NCBI GenBank assembly: GCA_964595465.1
Contig: CAZQQI010000005.1
Span: 9,562-73,561, forward strand
DNA length: 64,000 bases
Direction of reading: 5' to 3'
From: an uncultured Planctomycetales bacterium
GTDB lineage: Bacteria > Omnitrophota > Gorgyraeia > Zapsychrales > JANLHA01
Under the pieces are notes generated by a model. The model was not told the DNA's origin. It saw only the letters and a list, made by a program, of their open reading frames with translations, and made no database searches. Made by a program: the position numbers and the translations under genes. Below, piece by piece: positions 46,374-56,245 of the stretch (position 1 is the first letter of the stretch; every line of letters begins with the position of its first letter).

Positions 46374-47843
46374 ATGCCGCAGCTGAAGACAATTTGCCCG
46401 GAAGATATTGCTGTCCCGCCTGGACTCGCCGGACATGAAATCCGCAATGTGAGGACCGATTCGCGCCGGGTGGAAGACGGAGATTTGTTGATGTGCCCGG
46501 AGACTAGCCGTGAAAACGCTGCGCAGTATGTGCGCGATGCTTTCCATAATGGGGCGGCCGTTGTTGTCTGTGAAGAAGGGGTGTTTCCGGCAGATGCCTG
46601 TCCGCAAAAGGTCCTCATGGTGCGGGGAATTGCGGCCCGTGTGCCGGAATTTCTGTCCCGTGCCTATCCCCTCGCTCGCAAGATCAAGCTGACCGGTATA
46701 ACCGGCACCAACGGTAAGACCACGATCACCTATTTGCTGGAAAGCATTTGGTCCGCATGCGGGTTTCATCCCGGCGTGATCGGGACCGTTGCCTACCGAT
46801 ACGGAGATCAGATTCTTCCGGCAAAAAATACTACCCCGGGTATCGCGGATAACTATTGTCTACTCGCCGCTATGGCCCGGGCGGGGGTGACCCATTGCGC
46901 GATGGAAGTCTCTTCGCATGCTTTGGATCAGGGACGCGTGCGCGGTCTGAATTTCGACCATGCCGTCTTTACCAATTTGACCCGGGATCATTTGGATTAT
47001 CATGCCGGCCAGGAGGCGTATTTTGCGGCCAAAGCGCGTTTATTTAATGGGGAGGCAGAGATCGGACGCGCGGTGATCAATGTCGATGATGCGTCTGCCG
47101 GGCGTCTGATCGAATTGACGTCTGCGCAAGTCACGCGTTACGGCATTGACGGTCCCGCGGATATTGCGGCGCATGATCTGTGTCTGGACGCTGAAGGTCT
47201 CAGGTTTACACTGGCTGTGGGGAAGGAAAAAATTTTATTATCATCTGCCCTGGCCGGACGTCATAATGTGTATAATATTCTTGCGGCCGCGGCCGTGTGC
47301 TGTCATCAGGGAATTGATCTGAAAGATATTGCCCGGGGCATTGCCGCCCGGAAAATTATCCCTGGACGGCTGGAGAGGGTGGGACATCGTCCTGACCAGC
47401 CCGCGGTCTTTGTGGATTACGCGCATACAGATGATGCCCTGCGGAATGTTCTGCGCAGCCTCAAAGCCCTGCAGCCGGGACGTCTGATCGTGGTTTTTGG
47501 CTGCGGCGGAGACCGCGATCGGGGAAAACGTTCGCGCATGGCGCGGGCCGCCGAACAGTATGCCCAGGATGTTATTGTGACTAATGATAATCCCCGCAGT
47601 GAGGACCCCGATCAGATCCTGGCTGATATTGAGTCCGGTTTTCAGCAAAAGCAGTATGTCATGATCAAGGACCGGGGGGAAGCGATCGGCCGGGCCATTG
47701 ACCAGGCCGGACCCCGTGATATTGTTCTCATTGCCGGAAAAGGTCATGAAGATTATCAGACCTTTGCCGACCGGACGATTCATTTTGATGACCGTGAGGT
47801 CGCCGCGGAATGCTTAAACCGGAAAAGAAAACAGGCTCTATGA
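46374..47843 (+). CDS. murE: UDP-N-acetylmuramoyl-L-alanyl-D-glutamate--2,6-diaminopimelate ligase
   Basis: The Mur ligase P-loop GITGTNGKTT is present and the gene sits between ftsI and murF. The DNPR motif (DNPRSEDP) is consistent with meso-DAP specificity. Confidence 0.9.
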   Translation: MPQLKTICPEDIAVPPGLAGHEIRNVRTDSRRVEDGDLLMCPETSRENAAQYVRDAFHNGAAVVVCEEGVFPADACPQKVLMVRGIAARVPEFLSRAYPLARKIKLTGITGTNGKTTITYLLESIWSACGFHPGVIGTVAYRYGDQILPAKNTTPGIADNYCLLAAMARAGVTHCAMEVSSHALDQGRVRGLNFDHAVFTNLTRDHLDYHAGQEAYFAAKARLFNGEAEIGRAVINVDDASAGRLIELTSAQVTRYGIDGPADIAAHDLCLDAEGLRFTLAVGKEKILLSSALAGRHNVYNILAAAAVCCHQGIDLKDIARGIAARKIIPGRLERVGHRPDQPAVFVDYAHTDDALRNVLRSLKALQPGRLIVVFGCGGDRDRGKRSRMARAAEQYAQDVIVTNDNPRSEDPDQILADIESGFQQKQYVMIKDRGEAIGRAIDQAGPRDIVLIAGKGHEDYQTFADRTIHFDDREVAAECLNRKRKQAL

Positions 47844-48111
47844 ACGTTTTCGTGGGTAAAGCAAAGGATAATGTGATATTTTGTATTTAATCGTTTCTGC
47901 TGGAATGGCGGTAAAAAAGATTGGGAGGGACGCGCAGAGCGAGTTCCGAACCGAACGATTTATGATAAAAACGTTCGGGGAGGCTGTTTGAGCGAACGCG
48001 TCCTTTCCAATCTTCATGAGCCATTCGGCTGCAAAATGGTACATAAAAGCAATATCGTATGCGTCATACCCATTGATTTTTTCAAAGAGCCGGAAAACAT
48101 AAGGGATCGTT

Positions 48112-49485
48112 GTGACCTGGACACCTGAACTTATCGCGGAGGCCTTAGACGTTTCGATCCGGCAGGAAGGAACCCGCGGATTATCACGCCGGGTGGTGAT
48201 CGATTCCCGGGTGATCGAGCCGGGAGACATTTTTTTCGCGATACGCGGTGTTCGGCAGGACGGGCATCAATTTATCAGCAAAGCCGTGAGGGCCGGGGCG
48301 GGAGCTGTGGTGCTTGAGCGGGAGAACCGGGATGTTCCCGCCGACGTGCATGTTTTTAAAGTGCGGGACTCCACCCGTGCCTTGGGTCAAATGGCCGCAT
48401 ATCACCGCCGCCGGTTTTCTGTTCCCGTGATCGCGGTGACCGGGTCCGCGGGCAAGACCGCTGTTAAAGATATGGCCGCCCACGTTCTGTCTGGAAAATA
48501 TCGTATTTTAAAGACAGAGCGTTCGCTGAATAATCACTGGGGCCTGCCCCTGACCTTGCTGAACCTCTCGCCGTCACATCAGGCCGTGGTGGTGGAGCTG
48601 GGGATCAACCGTCCGGGAGAAATGGAATATCTGGCTGCTATGGCCCGGCCGGATATTGCGGTGTTTACCAATATCGGCGCGTCCCACTTGGCCGGGCTTA
48701 AGAGTCTGAAAGGTGTTCTGCGGGAAAAAGCGGTTTTGCTGAAGCATTTAAGTCCGGGCGGTTTGGTTATCTTTAATGATGACGACGCGCTGCTGAGAAC
48801 ATTGCGTGTGCGGGGCGGAAAAGACGTACGGTATTCCCTTGAGCATCGTGCTGATATTTTTGCCCTGGACCTGATCTGCGGCCGGTCGGGCATGCGGTTC
48901 CTTTTGAACGGACGGTATCCTGTGCGTTTGAAGACCCCGGTCCGCGCCATGGTCGCTAACGCCCTGGCCGCGGCCGCCTGCGGCAGAGCGCTCGGTATGA
49001 CCTGGCAGGATATTGTCCGCCGTCTGGAAAGTTTCCGCCCATGCGTTCAGCGGCAGTGTCTTGTAAAGACTGCCGGGATGACAATCATTGATGATACCTA
49101 CAATGCGAACCCGTTGTCTTATGCCAGCGCGGCGGAAACCTTGCGGGATATTAAAACTCAGGGGAAAAAGATCGCGGTTTGCGGAGATATGCTGGAATTG
49201 GGACGCCGGGCACCTGTTCAGCATCGCAAGGTCGGTAAAATTTTAGCCCGCGCGCAAGCTGATCTTGTGGTGTGTTTTGGCCCTCAAGGCCTTTATATAA
49301 AGGAAGGGTATGAGCAGGCGCGGGGCCCCGGGCGGACGGTGTGCTATACGCGTCTCGGCCCGCTTAATAGATTTTTAGCCGCGCAGGCCGGCTCCGGCGA
49401 TACGATTTTGATCAAGGGGTCGCGGGGTATGCGCATGGAACGCGTGGTGGACTATCTCCGTCGGCGGAGCAGGGGCGGGGAATAA
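48112..49485 (+). CDS. murF: UDP-N-acetylmuramoyl-tripeptide--D-alanyl-D-alanine ligase (GTG start)
   Basis: The Mur ligase P-loop GSAGKTA is present, the protein is 457 aa, and the gene sits between murE and mraY. Confidence 0.85.
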   Translation: MTWTPELIAEALDVSIRQEGTRGLSRRVVIDSRVIEPGDIFFAIRGVRQDGHQFISKAVRAGAGAVVLERENRDVPADVHVFKVRDSTRALGQMAAYHRRRFSVPVIAVTGSAGKTAVKDMAAHVLSGKYRILKTERSLNNHWGLPLTLLNLSPSHQAVVVELGINRPGEMEYLAAMARPDIAVFTNIGASHLAGLKSLKGVLREKAVLLKHLSPGGLVIFNDDDALLRTLRVRGGKDVRYSLEHRADIFALDLICGRSGMRFLLNGRYPVRLKTPVRAMVANALAAAACGRALGMTWQDIVRRLESFRPCVQRQCLVKTAGMTIIDDTYNANPLSYASAAETLRDIKTQGKKIAVCGDMLELGRRAPVQHRKVGKILARAQADLVVCFGPQGLYIKEGYEQARGPGRTVCYTRLGPLNRFLAAQAGSGDTILIKGSRGMRMERVVDYLRRRSRGGE

Positions 49486-49538
49486 ATAATGTGCCCTGGT
49501 CAGAATGGGCGTTGTGCTGACATGAACAAGGGAGAACC

Positions 49539-50624
49539 ATGTTTTATTATCTTTCAGAACTCAAAGATGTTTTCTTTGGATTCAATGTTTTCAAATACAT
49601 TACCTTCCGCGCGGCCATGGCGGCTGTGACAACCTTTCTGCTGTGCGTGTTTCTGGGGTCTCCTCTGACCCGCTGGCTCAAAAAAAAGCGTATCCGGGAA
49701 TTTGCCAAGCGAAGGGACTGCCCTGATCTGGACCGCTTCGCTGAGACCAAAGACGGCATACCCACTATGGGAGGTCTGCTGATGGCCGGAAGCATTTTGA
49801 TCTCAGTGTCTCTCTGGGCCGACCTGTCCAACCGCTATATTCTGCTGACCATGCTGACCTGTCTGTATCTGGCGGTATTAGGATTTATCGATGATTATGT
49901 CAAGTTGAAAAAGGACGGCCACAGCGGTCTAAAAATGAAAACGAAATTTTGCTGGCAGATCTTGTTAGCGTTTTTTATCGGTTCATATATCTATTTTGAT
50001 CCGGCGACATCCACGGTCCTGGATGTGCCTTTTTTTAAAGACATTCTGCTGCCGATAGGGTATTTTTATCTTCCGCTGGTGGCCTTGATCATATTGGGCA
50101 CGACCAACGCGGTCAATTTGACTGACGGTCTGGACGGGTTGGCGGTAGGCTGTATTCTGATCGTGAGCTTAAGCCTGGCTGTTTTGAGCTATCTGACGGG
50201 TCATGTCCAGTTCAGCCAGTACCTTTTAATTCCTTACATTGCCAGGGCGGCGGAAATGACGGTATTCTGTTCGGCTATGGTCGGTGCCAGTCTGGGGTTT
50301 TTGTGGTTCAATTGCTGCCCGGCCACGATCTTTATGGGAGATACCGGAGCGCTGTCCATGGGGGGCTGTCTGGCGGTGATCGCGGTACTGATTAAAAAAG
50401 AGCTTCTGCTGGTTCTGATAGGCGGGATTTTTGTTATGGAGGCATTATCCGTTATTCTGCAGGTCGCCTCATTTAAAATGTTCCGCAGGCGGATATTCAA
50501 GGTTTCGCCGGTGCATCATCATTTCCAGATGTCAGGCTGGGACGAACCCAAGATCGTGGTCCGTTTCTGGATCATTAATATTATTTTAGCGGTTATCGCG
50601 CTTATTACGCTGAAGATCAGATGA
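49539..50624 (+). CDS. mraY: Phospho-N-acetylmuramoyl-pentapeptide transferase
   Basis: A 10-TM protein with the conserved ...KDGIPTMGG... and ...NAVNLTDGLDGLA... motifs. Confidence 0.95.
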   Translation: MFYYLSELKDVFFGFNVFKYITFRAAMAAVTTFLLCVFLGSPLTRWLKKKRIREFAKRRDCPDLDRFAETKDGIPTMGGLLMAGSILISVSLWADLSNRYILLTMLTCLYLAVLGFIDDYVKLKKDGHSGLKMKTKFCWQILLAFFIGSYIYFDPATSTVLDVPFFKDILLPIGYFYLPLVALIILGTTNAVNLTDGLDGLAVGCILIVSLSLAVLSYLTGHVQFSQYLLIPYIARAAEMTVFCSAMVGASLGFLWFNCCPATIFMGDTGALSMGGCLAVIAVLIKKELLLVLIGGIFVMEALSVILQVASFKMFRRRIFKVSPVHHHFQMSGWDEPKIVVRFWIINIILAVIALITLKIR

Positions 50625-51889
50625 GAGATGTCCAGGGAAAAAATGTGATCGTGATCGGAGCCGGACGCAGCGGCCGCGCGGCGGCCCGTCTCGCGGCGGA
50701 TCTGGGGGCTGATGTTCTGGTATCGGAATCCCGGGGGCGAGAAAATGTTCCGGCTGAATTTCAGCAGTGGTGCGATGAGGGAGGTGCCGGTGCGGAATAC
50801 GGCAGGCATTCCCGGGATAAGATCTGCGCGGGCGACCTGATCATTGTCAGCCCGGGTGTGCGCCGTGATGCCGAACCGTTGGTTTGGGCGAGGGAGGCCG
50901 GGATCCCGGTCATAGGAGAAATGGAATTCGCGTTCAGCCGCTGTCCGGCCAGGGTTATCGCGGTCACCGGCAGCAACGGTAAGACCACGGTCACCACGCT
51001 GATCGGACGCGCCTTAGAACAGGCTGGAGAAAAGGTCTGCGTTTGCGGAAATATCGGTTTTCCTTTGAGCGAATATATTCATCAGCTTACACCGGAACAT
51101 ATTGTGGTCCTGGAAGTCAGTTCGTTTCAGCTGGAGACTGTCGAGACGTTTCGCCCCTGGATCGGCCTCTGTTTGAATATCACACAGAATCATCTCGACC
51201 GCCATGCCGATATGGCCGAGTACACGTCTTTGAAACAGCGCCTTTTTCAGAATCAGACCGCCGGAGACATTGCGATCCTGAATGACCGGGACCCTGTGGT
51301 CAGGGAATTTGCGGAAAATTGTCGGGCAGAGGTTGTTTTTTTTAATACTCCGGAACAGCGTGACCGTACGGGTTGGGATCATCCCAATTATCTTGCTGCC
51401 GCTGCGGCTGTTGAGGGAGCCGGTCTGGATCTGTCTATCTGCCGGCAGGTCTTTGAGGACTTTGCCGGTCTTGAGCACCGCCTGGAAGATGTGCGTGAGC
51501 TGAATGGGGTGACATATATTAATGATTCGAAATCCACGACCCTCGAGGCGTCACGCTGGGCCCTGGAACGTCAGGACCGCCCTGTGGTCTGGATCTGCGG
51601 GGGCAGGGATAAAGGGCTGGATTATTCGTCTTTGACCGGGGATGCTGTTGAAAACGTCACCTTGATGATCATTTTCGGTGAAGCCCGGGAAAAGATCCGC
51701 CAGGCCTTTTTGGATGAGGTGGATGTTCGTCTGGCGGATGATCTTGAACAGGCCGTGAATATCGCCCGGATGTGTGCGCATCCCGGGCAGTGTGTCCTGT
51801 TAAGCCCGATGTGCGCGAGTTTTGATATGTTCGAAAACTATGAACACCGCGGACGGGAATTTAAACGATTGGTCAGTGAATTGGAATGA
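50621..51889 (+). CDS. murD: UDP-N-acetylmuramoylalanine--D-glutamate ligase
   Basis: An N-terminal Rossmann-like segment (GKNVIVIGAGRSG) and the P-loop GSNGKTT are present. Confidence 0.9.
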   Translation: MRDVQGKNVIVIGAGRSGRAAARLAADLGADVLVSESRGRENVPAEFQQWCDEGGAGAEYGRHSRDKICAGDLIIVSPGVRRDAEPLVWAREAGIPVIGEMEFAFSRCPARVIAVTGSNGKTTVTTLIGRALEQAGEKVCVCGNIGFPLSEYIHQLTPEHIVVLEVSSFQLETVETFRPWIGLCLNITQNHLDRHADMAEYTSLKQRLFQNQTAGDIAILNDRDPVVREFAENCRAEVVFFNTPEQRDRTGWDHPNYLAAAAAVEGAGLDLSICRQVFEDFAGLEHRLEDVRELNGVTYINDSKSTTLEASRWALERQDRPVVWICGGRDKGLDYSSLTGDAVENVTLMIIFGEAREKIRQAFLDEVDVRLADDLEQAVNIARMCAHPGQCVLLSPMCASFDMFENYEHRGREFKRLVSELE

Positions 51890-52980
51890 GAAGTATCCGG
51901 ATCTCAATTACGATGATCGTCTTTGCCCTGATCTTTATCGGCATTCTGATGATCTATAGTGCCAGCGGCATTTACGCTTTGGAAGAGCTCGGGGACAGCC
52001 TGTATTATCTGAAGCGGCATGTGGTGTTTGTGCTGGTCGGGATCATGGCGGCGTTGGCCGTGATGGCTGTTGATTACCGCGATCTTCAGCGTTGGGCCAA
52101 ACCGCTGCTGCTGTTTAATGTGCTTCTTTTGGTGCTGGTCCTGCTTCCCGGTCTGGGCCGTTCGGGGGGAGGGGCTCAGCGATGGTTCCATATCGGGCCG
52201 TTGTATTTTCAGCCGACCGAGCTGATGAAGATCACCATGATCATTTATACCGCGGATTTTTTGTCCCGCAAACAGAATCGGGTTATGCATATCCGTGATG
52301 TCTTCGCACCGGCGATGATCGTTCTGGGCGTGGTGAGCGGGCTGATCATTAAACAGCCTGATCTGGGAAGTGTAGTCCTGATCGGTTTGGTCGTTCTGAT
52401 TATGCTTTTTGTCGCGGGGGTCCGCTGGCAGCATTTCAGTTTGCTGGCAGCGCTGTTTTTGCCGATGTTTTATTTCTTTGTCTACCGGGTGCCTTATCGC
52501 TGGCTCAGGATCGTGACCTTTGTCGATCCGTGGAAAGATCCGACCGGTGCGGGGTTTCAGCTGACTCAGTCGCAGATCGCCTTCGGCAGCGGGGGGCTTG
52601 TCGGTGTGGGGCTGGGACAAAGCGTGCAGAAACTGTTTTATCTGCCCGCGGCGCACACAGACTTTATCCTTTCGATCATCGGTGAGGAATTCGGCTTTAT
52701 CGGCGCATTTTTTGTGATCCTCTTGTTTATTATGTTGATTTGGCAGGGCGCGCGTATTGCTAAACGGACCCAGGATCCTTTCGGGTACTTTTTAAGTCTC
52801 GGTATCGTGGCCATGCTGGGTATTCAGGCGGTGGTCAATATCGGAGTGACGATCGGAGCTCTGCCGACAAAAGGATTGCCCCTGCCCTTTATCAGTTATG
52901 GAGGGTCGGCCCTGGTGACCAATATGATGATGGTTGGACTTTTATTGAATGTTTCCCGTATCAGTGATATTGAGGTATAG
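51886..52980 (+). CDS. ftsW: Peptidoglycan glycosyltransferase FtsW (SEDS family)
   Basis: A 10-TM SEDS protein whose gene overlaps murD by 4 nt. Confidence 0.9.
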   Translation: MRSIRISITMIVFALIFIGILMIYSASGIYALEELGDSLYYLKRHVVFVLVGIMAALAVMAVDYRDLQRWAKPLLLFNVLLLVLVLLPGLGRSGGGAQRWFHIGPLYFQPTELMKITMIIYTADFLSRKQNRVMHIRDVFAPAMIVLGVVSGLIIKQPDLGSVVLIGLVVLIMLFVAGVRWQHFSLLAALFLPMFYFFVYRVPYRWLRIVTFVDPWKDPTGAGFQLTQSQIAFGSGGLVGVGLGQSVQKLFYLPAAHTDFILSIIGEEFGFIGAFFVILLFIMLIWQGARIAKRTQDPFGYFLSLGIVAMLGIQAVVNIGVTIGALPTKGLPLPFISYGGSALVTNMMMVGLLLNVSRISDIEV

Positions 52981-52982
52981 AA

Positions 52983-54059
52983 ATGAAGATCATGATCGCG
53001 ACAGGTTCCAGCGGAGGACACATGGTGCCGGCTCTGGCTCTGGCGGATGTTTTGCGTTCGCGGGGGCACGAAGTTGTGCTTGCCGGTGCCTTTGACCGTT
53101 TGCCCGGTATGGTGGCGGACCTGAATATGCCGGTTTATCATATTCAGGCGTCTCCTTTGCAAGGGAAATCTTTAACAACCATATTCAAACTCTCTGCAAG
53201 TATGTTACAATCAGTACAGAAAGCGGGACGGCTCATTGCAGAACAGAATCCTGCGGCTGTGATCGGCTTCGGCGGATACGCGGCTTTCGCTGTTGTAATG
53301 AGCGCGGCCCTGAGGCGGCTGCCGGTCATGATCCATGAACAAAATGTGCGTCCCGGACGGGCGAACCGTCTGCTGATGCCCTGGGTCCGGCGCATCGCTG
53401 TGAGCTTTGAAGAAACCCGCAGATTTTGTCCCCGCAGAAAATGCTGCGTGACCGGATATCCTTTGCGCCGTTATCCGCGTATATCACAGGAAGATGCCCG
53501 CCGCCGGATGGGGCTGGCGGAAGACGCGTCGACCGTTTTGGTCTGTGGAGGAAGTCAGGGCAGCCGGGCGGTTAACCGGATCATGACGTCCGCCTGCAAT
53601 GAGTTGGTGAAAAAAAGTCCTGCTGTTCAGTTTATTCATATTGCCGGAGAGCAGGATCGCGAATTGGTCGAAACCGCGTACCGCAAATCCGGGGTGCGGG
53701 CCAGGGTTTACAGTTTTTGTGATGATATGGCCGGGGCGTATTGCGCCGCGGACGCGGTCGTGATCCGCGCCGGTGCCGGGGCCCTGCATGAGGCGGTGTA
53801 TTTTGACCGGCCGGCTGTGGTGATCCCATATCCGTATGCCCGCGGTCATCAGATGGAAAACGCTTTGGCATTGCGCAAACGGTTCTCCGGTCTGACAGTG
53901 ATCCCCGAAGAGCGGGCTGCGGCCGATTCTGTGGCGGAGGCTTTGCAGGCGGCTCTGCGCAGAGAAAAGACTGTCGAGGACCGGGAAGATTTCATGCGGG
54001 CGGCAGACAGGCTGGCCGCGGAGGTTGAGCGTCTGGCGGAAGTGAAGCATGGACATTAA
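52983..54059 (+). CDS. murG: UDP-N-acetylglucosamine--N-acetylmuramyl-(pentapeptide) pyrophosphoryl-undecaprenol N-acetylglucosamine transferase
   Basis: GT28 family features are present (ATGSSGGHMVPALALA..., a C-terminal GGSQG motif). Confidence 0.9.
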   Translation: MKIMIATGSSGGHMVPALALADVLRSRGHEVVLAGAFDRLPGMVADLNMPVYHIQASPLQGKSLTTIFKLSASMLQSVQKAGRLIAEQNPAAVIGFGGYAAFAVVMSAALRRLPVMIHEQNVRPGRANRLLMPWVRRIAVSFEETRRFCPRRKCCVTGYPLRRYPRISQEDARRRMGLAEDASTVLVCGGSQGSRAVNRIMTSACNELVKKSPAVQFIHIAGEQDRELVETAYRKSGVRARVYSFCDDMAGAYCAADAVVIRAGAGALHEAVYFDRPAVVIPYPYARGHQMENALALRKRFSGLTVIPEERAAADSVAEALQAALRREKTVEDREDFMRAADRLAAEVERLAEVKHGH

Positions 54060-54852
54060 GAAAAATATAATTTTGCTGATGTTCGTTATGTGGACGGTTA
54101 TGGGTCTGCAGGCAGGAGAGGTCTATTCGGAAGAGGATGAGTGGCAGGAATCCCGTTCATCGCATTTTTATGTGTATTATAAGAATGCTCCCGAGGATTT
54201 TGTGGACACCGTGCAGGAGGCAGCAGAGGAGTATTATCAGGAGATCACCGACAATCTGGGATTTACCCGTCACCGCGGATGGTCGTTTGATGACCGGGCC
54301 AAGATCTACATTTACAGCGATAAACAGGATTATATCGAATCTGCCCGCCAGGCGCATTGGTCGAGCGCGTCGGTGATGTCGCGCAGTAAGGTCATCCGGA
54401 CCTATCCTTCGGCCTACGGTTTTTTTGACACCACCCTCCCGCATGAATTGGGGCATATCATTTTTCGGGAATTTATTGGTATGAAGGCCCGGATCCCCTT
54501 GTGGCTGGAAGAAGGTGTCGCCATGTATCAGGAAAAGGCCAAGCGGTGGGGGGTCAATAATGATGTCCGCGCCGCGCTGGAGGATCAGACATTTATTCCG
54601 GTTCCAGAGCTGAACCATGTTCGCCTGACGTCGGGAACAGATCGTTCCACAGTGGATCTGTTTTACGCGGAAGCGGCCAGCCTGGTCTATTATCTGATCA
54701 CAGAATTCGGCCAGCATCGTTTTGTGCGCTTTTGCCGCAAACTGGAACGGGGAACGCCGTTCCTGACGGCATTGACACGGACCTATATCCGTTTTGATGA
54801 TCTTGAAGATCTCAACCGTTCCTGGGTGAACTATTTGAAGGATGGCAATTGA
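54049..54852 (+). CDS. Secreted HExxH zinc-metallopeptidase-like protein (peptidase MA clan, Peptidase_MA_2-like) inserted between murG and murC
   Basis: A signal peptide is present. HELGHIIF (HExxH) is followed by ...LWLEEGVAMYQE (a third ligand Glu in an EEG context), the thermolysin-like arrangement. The gene overlaps the murG end by 11 nt and the murC start by 4 nt. Confidence 0.6.
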   Translation: MDIKKNIILLMFVMWTVMGLQAGEVYSEEDEWQESRSSHFYVYYKNAPEDFVDTVQEAAEEYYQEITDNLGFTRHRGWSFDDRAKIYIYSDKQDYIESARQAHWSSASVMSRSKVIRTYPSAYGFFDTTLPHELGHIIFREFIGMKARIPLWLEEGVAMYQEKAKRWGVNNDVRAALEDQTFIPVPELNHVRLTSGTDRSTVDLFYAEAASLVYYLITEFGQHRFVRFCRKLERGTPFLTALTRTYIRFDDLEDLNRSWVNYLKDGN

Positions 54853-56237
54853 TGGCTCAGCGTCATGTACATCTTTTGGGAATAGGCGGTATCGGTGTCG
54901 GAACAGTGGCGTCTTTGCTGCTGTCCCGGGGGGACCGCGTGACCGGTTCTGATATTCAGGAAAACGCCATGATCCGTGATCTGCGTGCCCGCGGAGCGGA
55001 GATCGTGATCGGGCATCGCGCCGAAAATGTGTCCTCACCGGATTGTGTGGTGTATTCTTCCGCGGTCAAACCGGATAATCCTGAACTGATCGCCGCCCGT
55101 GAGAGGGGGTGCCGGGTGATGCGGCGGGCTGAAATGCTGGCCGCGCTGATGGCAGGATATGAAGCGGTAACAGTAGCCGGCGCCCACGGTAAAACCACCA
55201 CCACCGGATTGGCCATTCATTTACTTGAACGGGCCGGAGTATCCCCGGCGTCCGCCCTGGGGGGTGTCCCCGTAGGCGGCGGGTACGATGCGGCATTGGG
55301 AACGGGACGCTATTTTGTTGCTGAAGTTGATGAAAGCGACGGTACACTCTTATATTTCCGCCCGGACATTTCTATTGTGACCAACATTGACCGGGAGCAT
55401 TTAGATTTTTATCGGGGGTGGGATCACCTCTGCGAAATCTACGGCCAGTATTTGTCACAGACCTCTCAGGACGGCCTGGCCATTCTTTATGGGGATGATG
55501 AACATCTCCGTGAGGCGGCGCGGCAAGCGCGCTGCCGGATTGTGTTTTACGGGGAAAGGGGCGATTCGGATATCCGTCTGCTTAACGCGGAGCAGACATC
55601 GTCCGGTCTCAGGATCCATGCTGTGACCCGGCGCGGAGAATGGCGTGATGTCCGTGTCGGCCTTTACGGCAGGCATAATGCCTTGAACGCTTTGGCGGTC
55701 ATAGCTCTGGCCGAACAGCTCGATCTTCCCAAGGCGGTCGTCCTGCGCGCCCTTGCGTGTTTTTCCGGTGTCAGCCGGCGTTTTGAGATGAAAGCCCGCG
55801 CCAAGGGTCTCACCGTGGTAGATGATTACGCGCATCACCCCACGGAAATCCGTTCAACTGTCGGGACAGCCCGGGATTGCGGCGCACGGCGGGTGATTGC
55901 TGTTTTTCAGCCGCACCGCTATTCTCGTTTTCAGAGCCTGTGGGATGATTTTTTATGTTGTTTCGACCAGGCGGACGAGATTATTGTTACGGATGTTTAC
56001 GCGGCTAATGAAATGCCTAACGGCACGGCATCCTCCGAAGCCTTTTGTCAGGCTATGAGGGTCCGCAGCGTTAAACCGGTGCATTATATTTTTAAAGATG
56101 ATATTGCCGATTTTCTGGAGGACCGTGTTGACGAAGGAGATTATGTGTTGTTTCTGGGTGCGGGAGATATCACCCGGGTCGCTGCCGACTTTGCCGGGCG
56201 GGTGACAGCCGCGGAAATATCAAACAAGGTTCAGTAG
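54849..56237 (+). CDS. murC: UDP-N-acetylmuramate--L-alanine ligase
   Basis: The N-terminus HLLGIGGIGVGTVA and the P-loop GAHGKTTTT are present in a 462-aa protein. Confidence 0.9.
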   Translation: MMAQRHVHLLGIGGIGVGTVASLLLSRGDRVTGSDIQENAMIRDLRARGAEIVIGHRAENVSSPDCVVYSSAVKPDNPELIAARERGCRVMRRAEMLAALMAGYEAVTVAGAHGKTTTTGLAIHLLERAGVSPASALGGVPVGGGYDAALGTGRYFVAEVDESDGTLLYFRPDISIVTNIDREHLDFYRGWDHLCEIYGQYLSQTSQDGLAILYGDDEHLREAARQARCRIVFYGERGDSDIRLLNAEQTSSGLRIHAVTRRGEWRDVRVGLYGRHNALNALAVIALAEQLDLPKAVVLRALACFSGVSRRFEMKARAKGLTVVDDYAHHPTEIRSTVGTARDCGARRVIAVFQPHRYSRFQSLWDDFLCCFDQADEIIVTDVYAANEMPNGTASSEAFCQAMRVRSVKPVHYIFKDDIADFLEDRVDEGDYVLFLGAGDITRVAADFAGRVTAAEISNKVQ

Positions 56238-56245
56238 GGGGAGAT

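Noticed and set aside
47838-48230. 130-aa minus-strand ORF spanning the murE-murF gap and the murF 5' end
   Set aside because: Its N-terminal 70 aa are antisense to the murF coding sequence. Only the distal ~59 codons lie in the gap, and no SD or homology was seen. I kept it only as a possibility under the gap finding.
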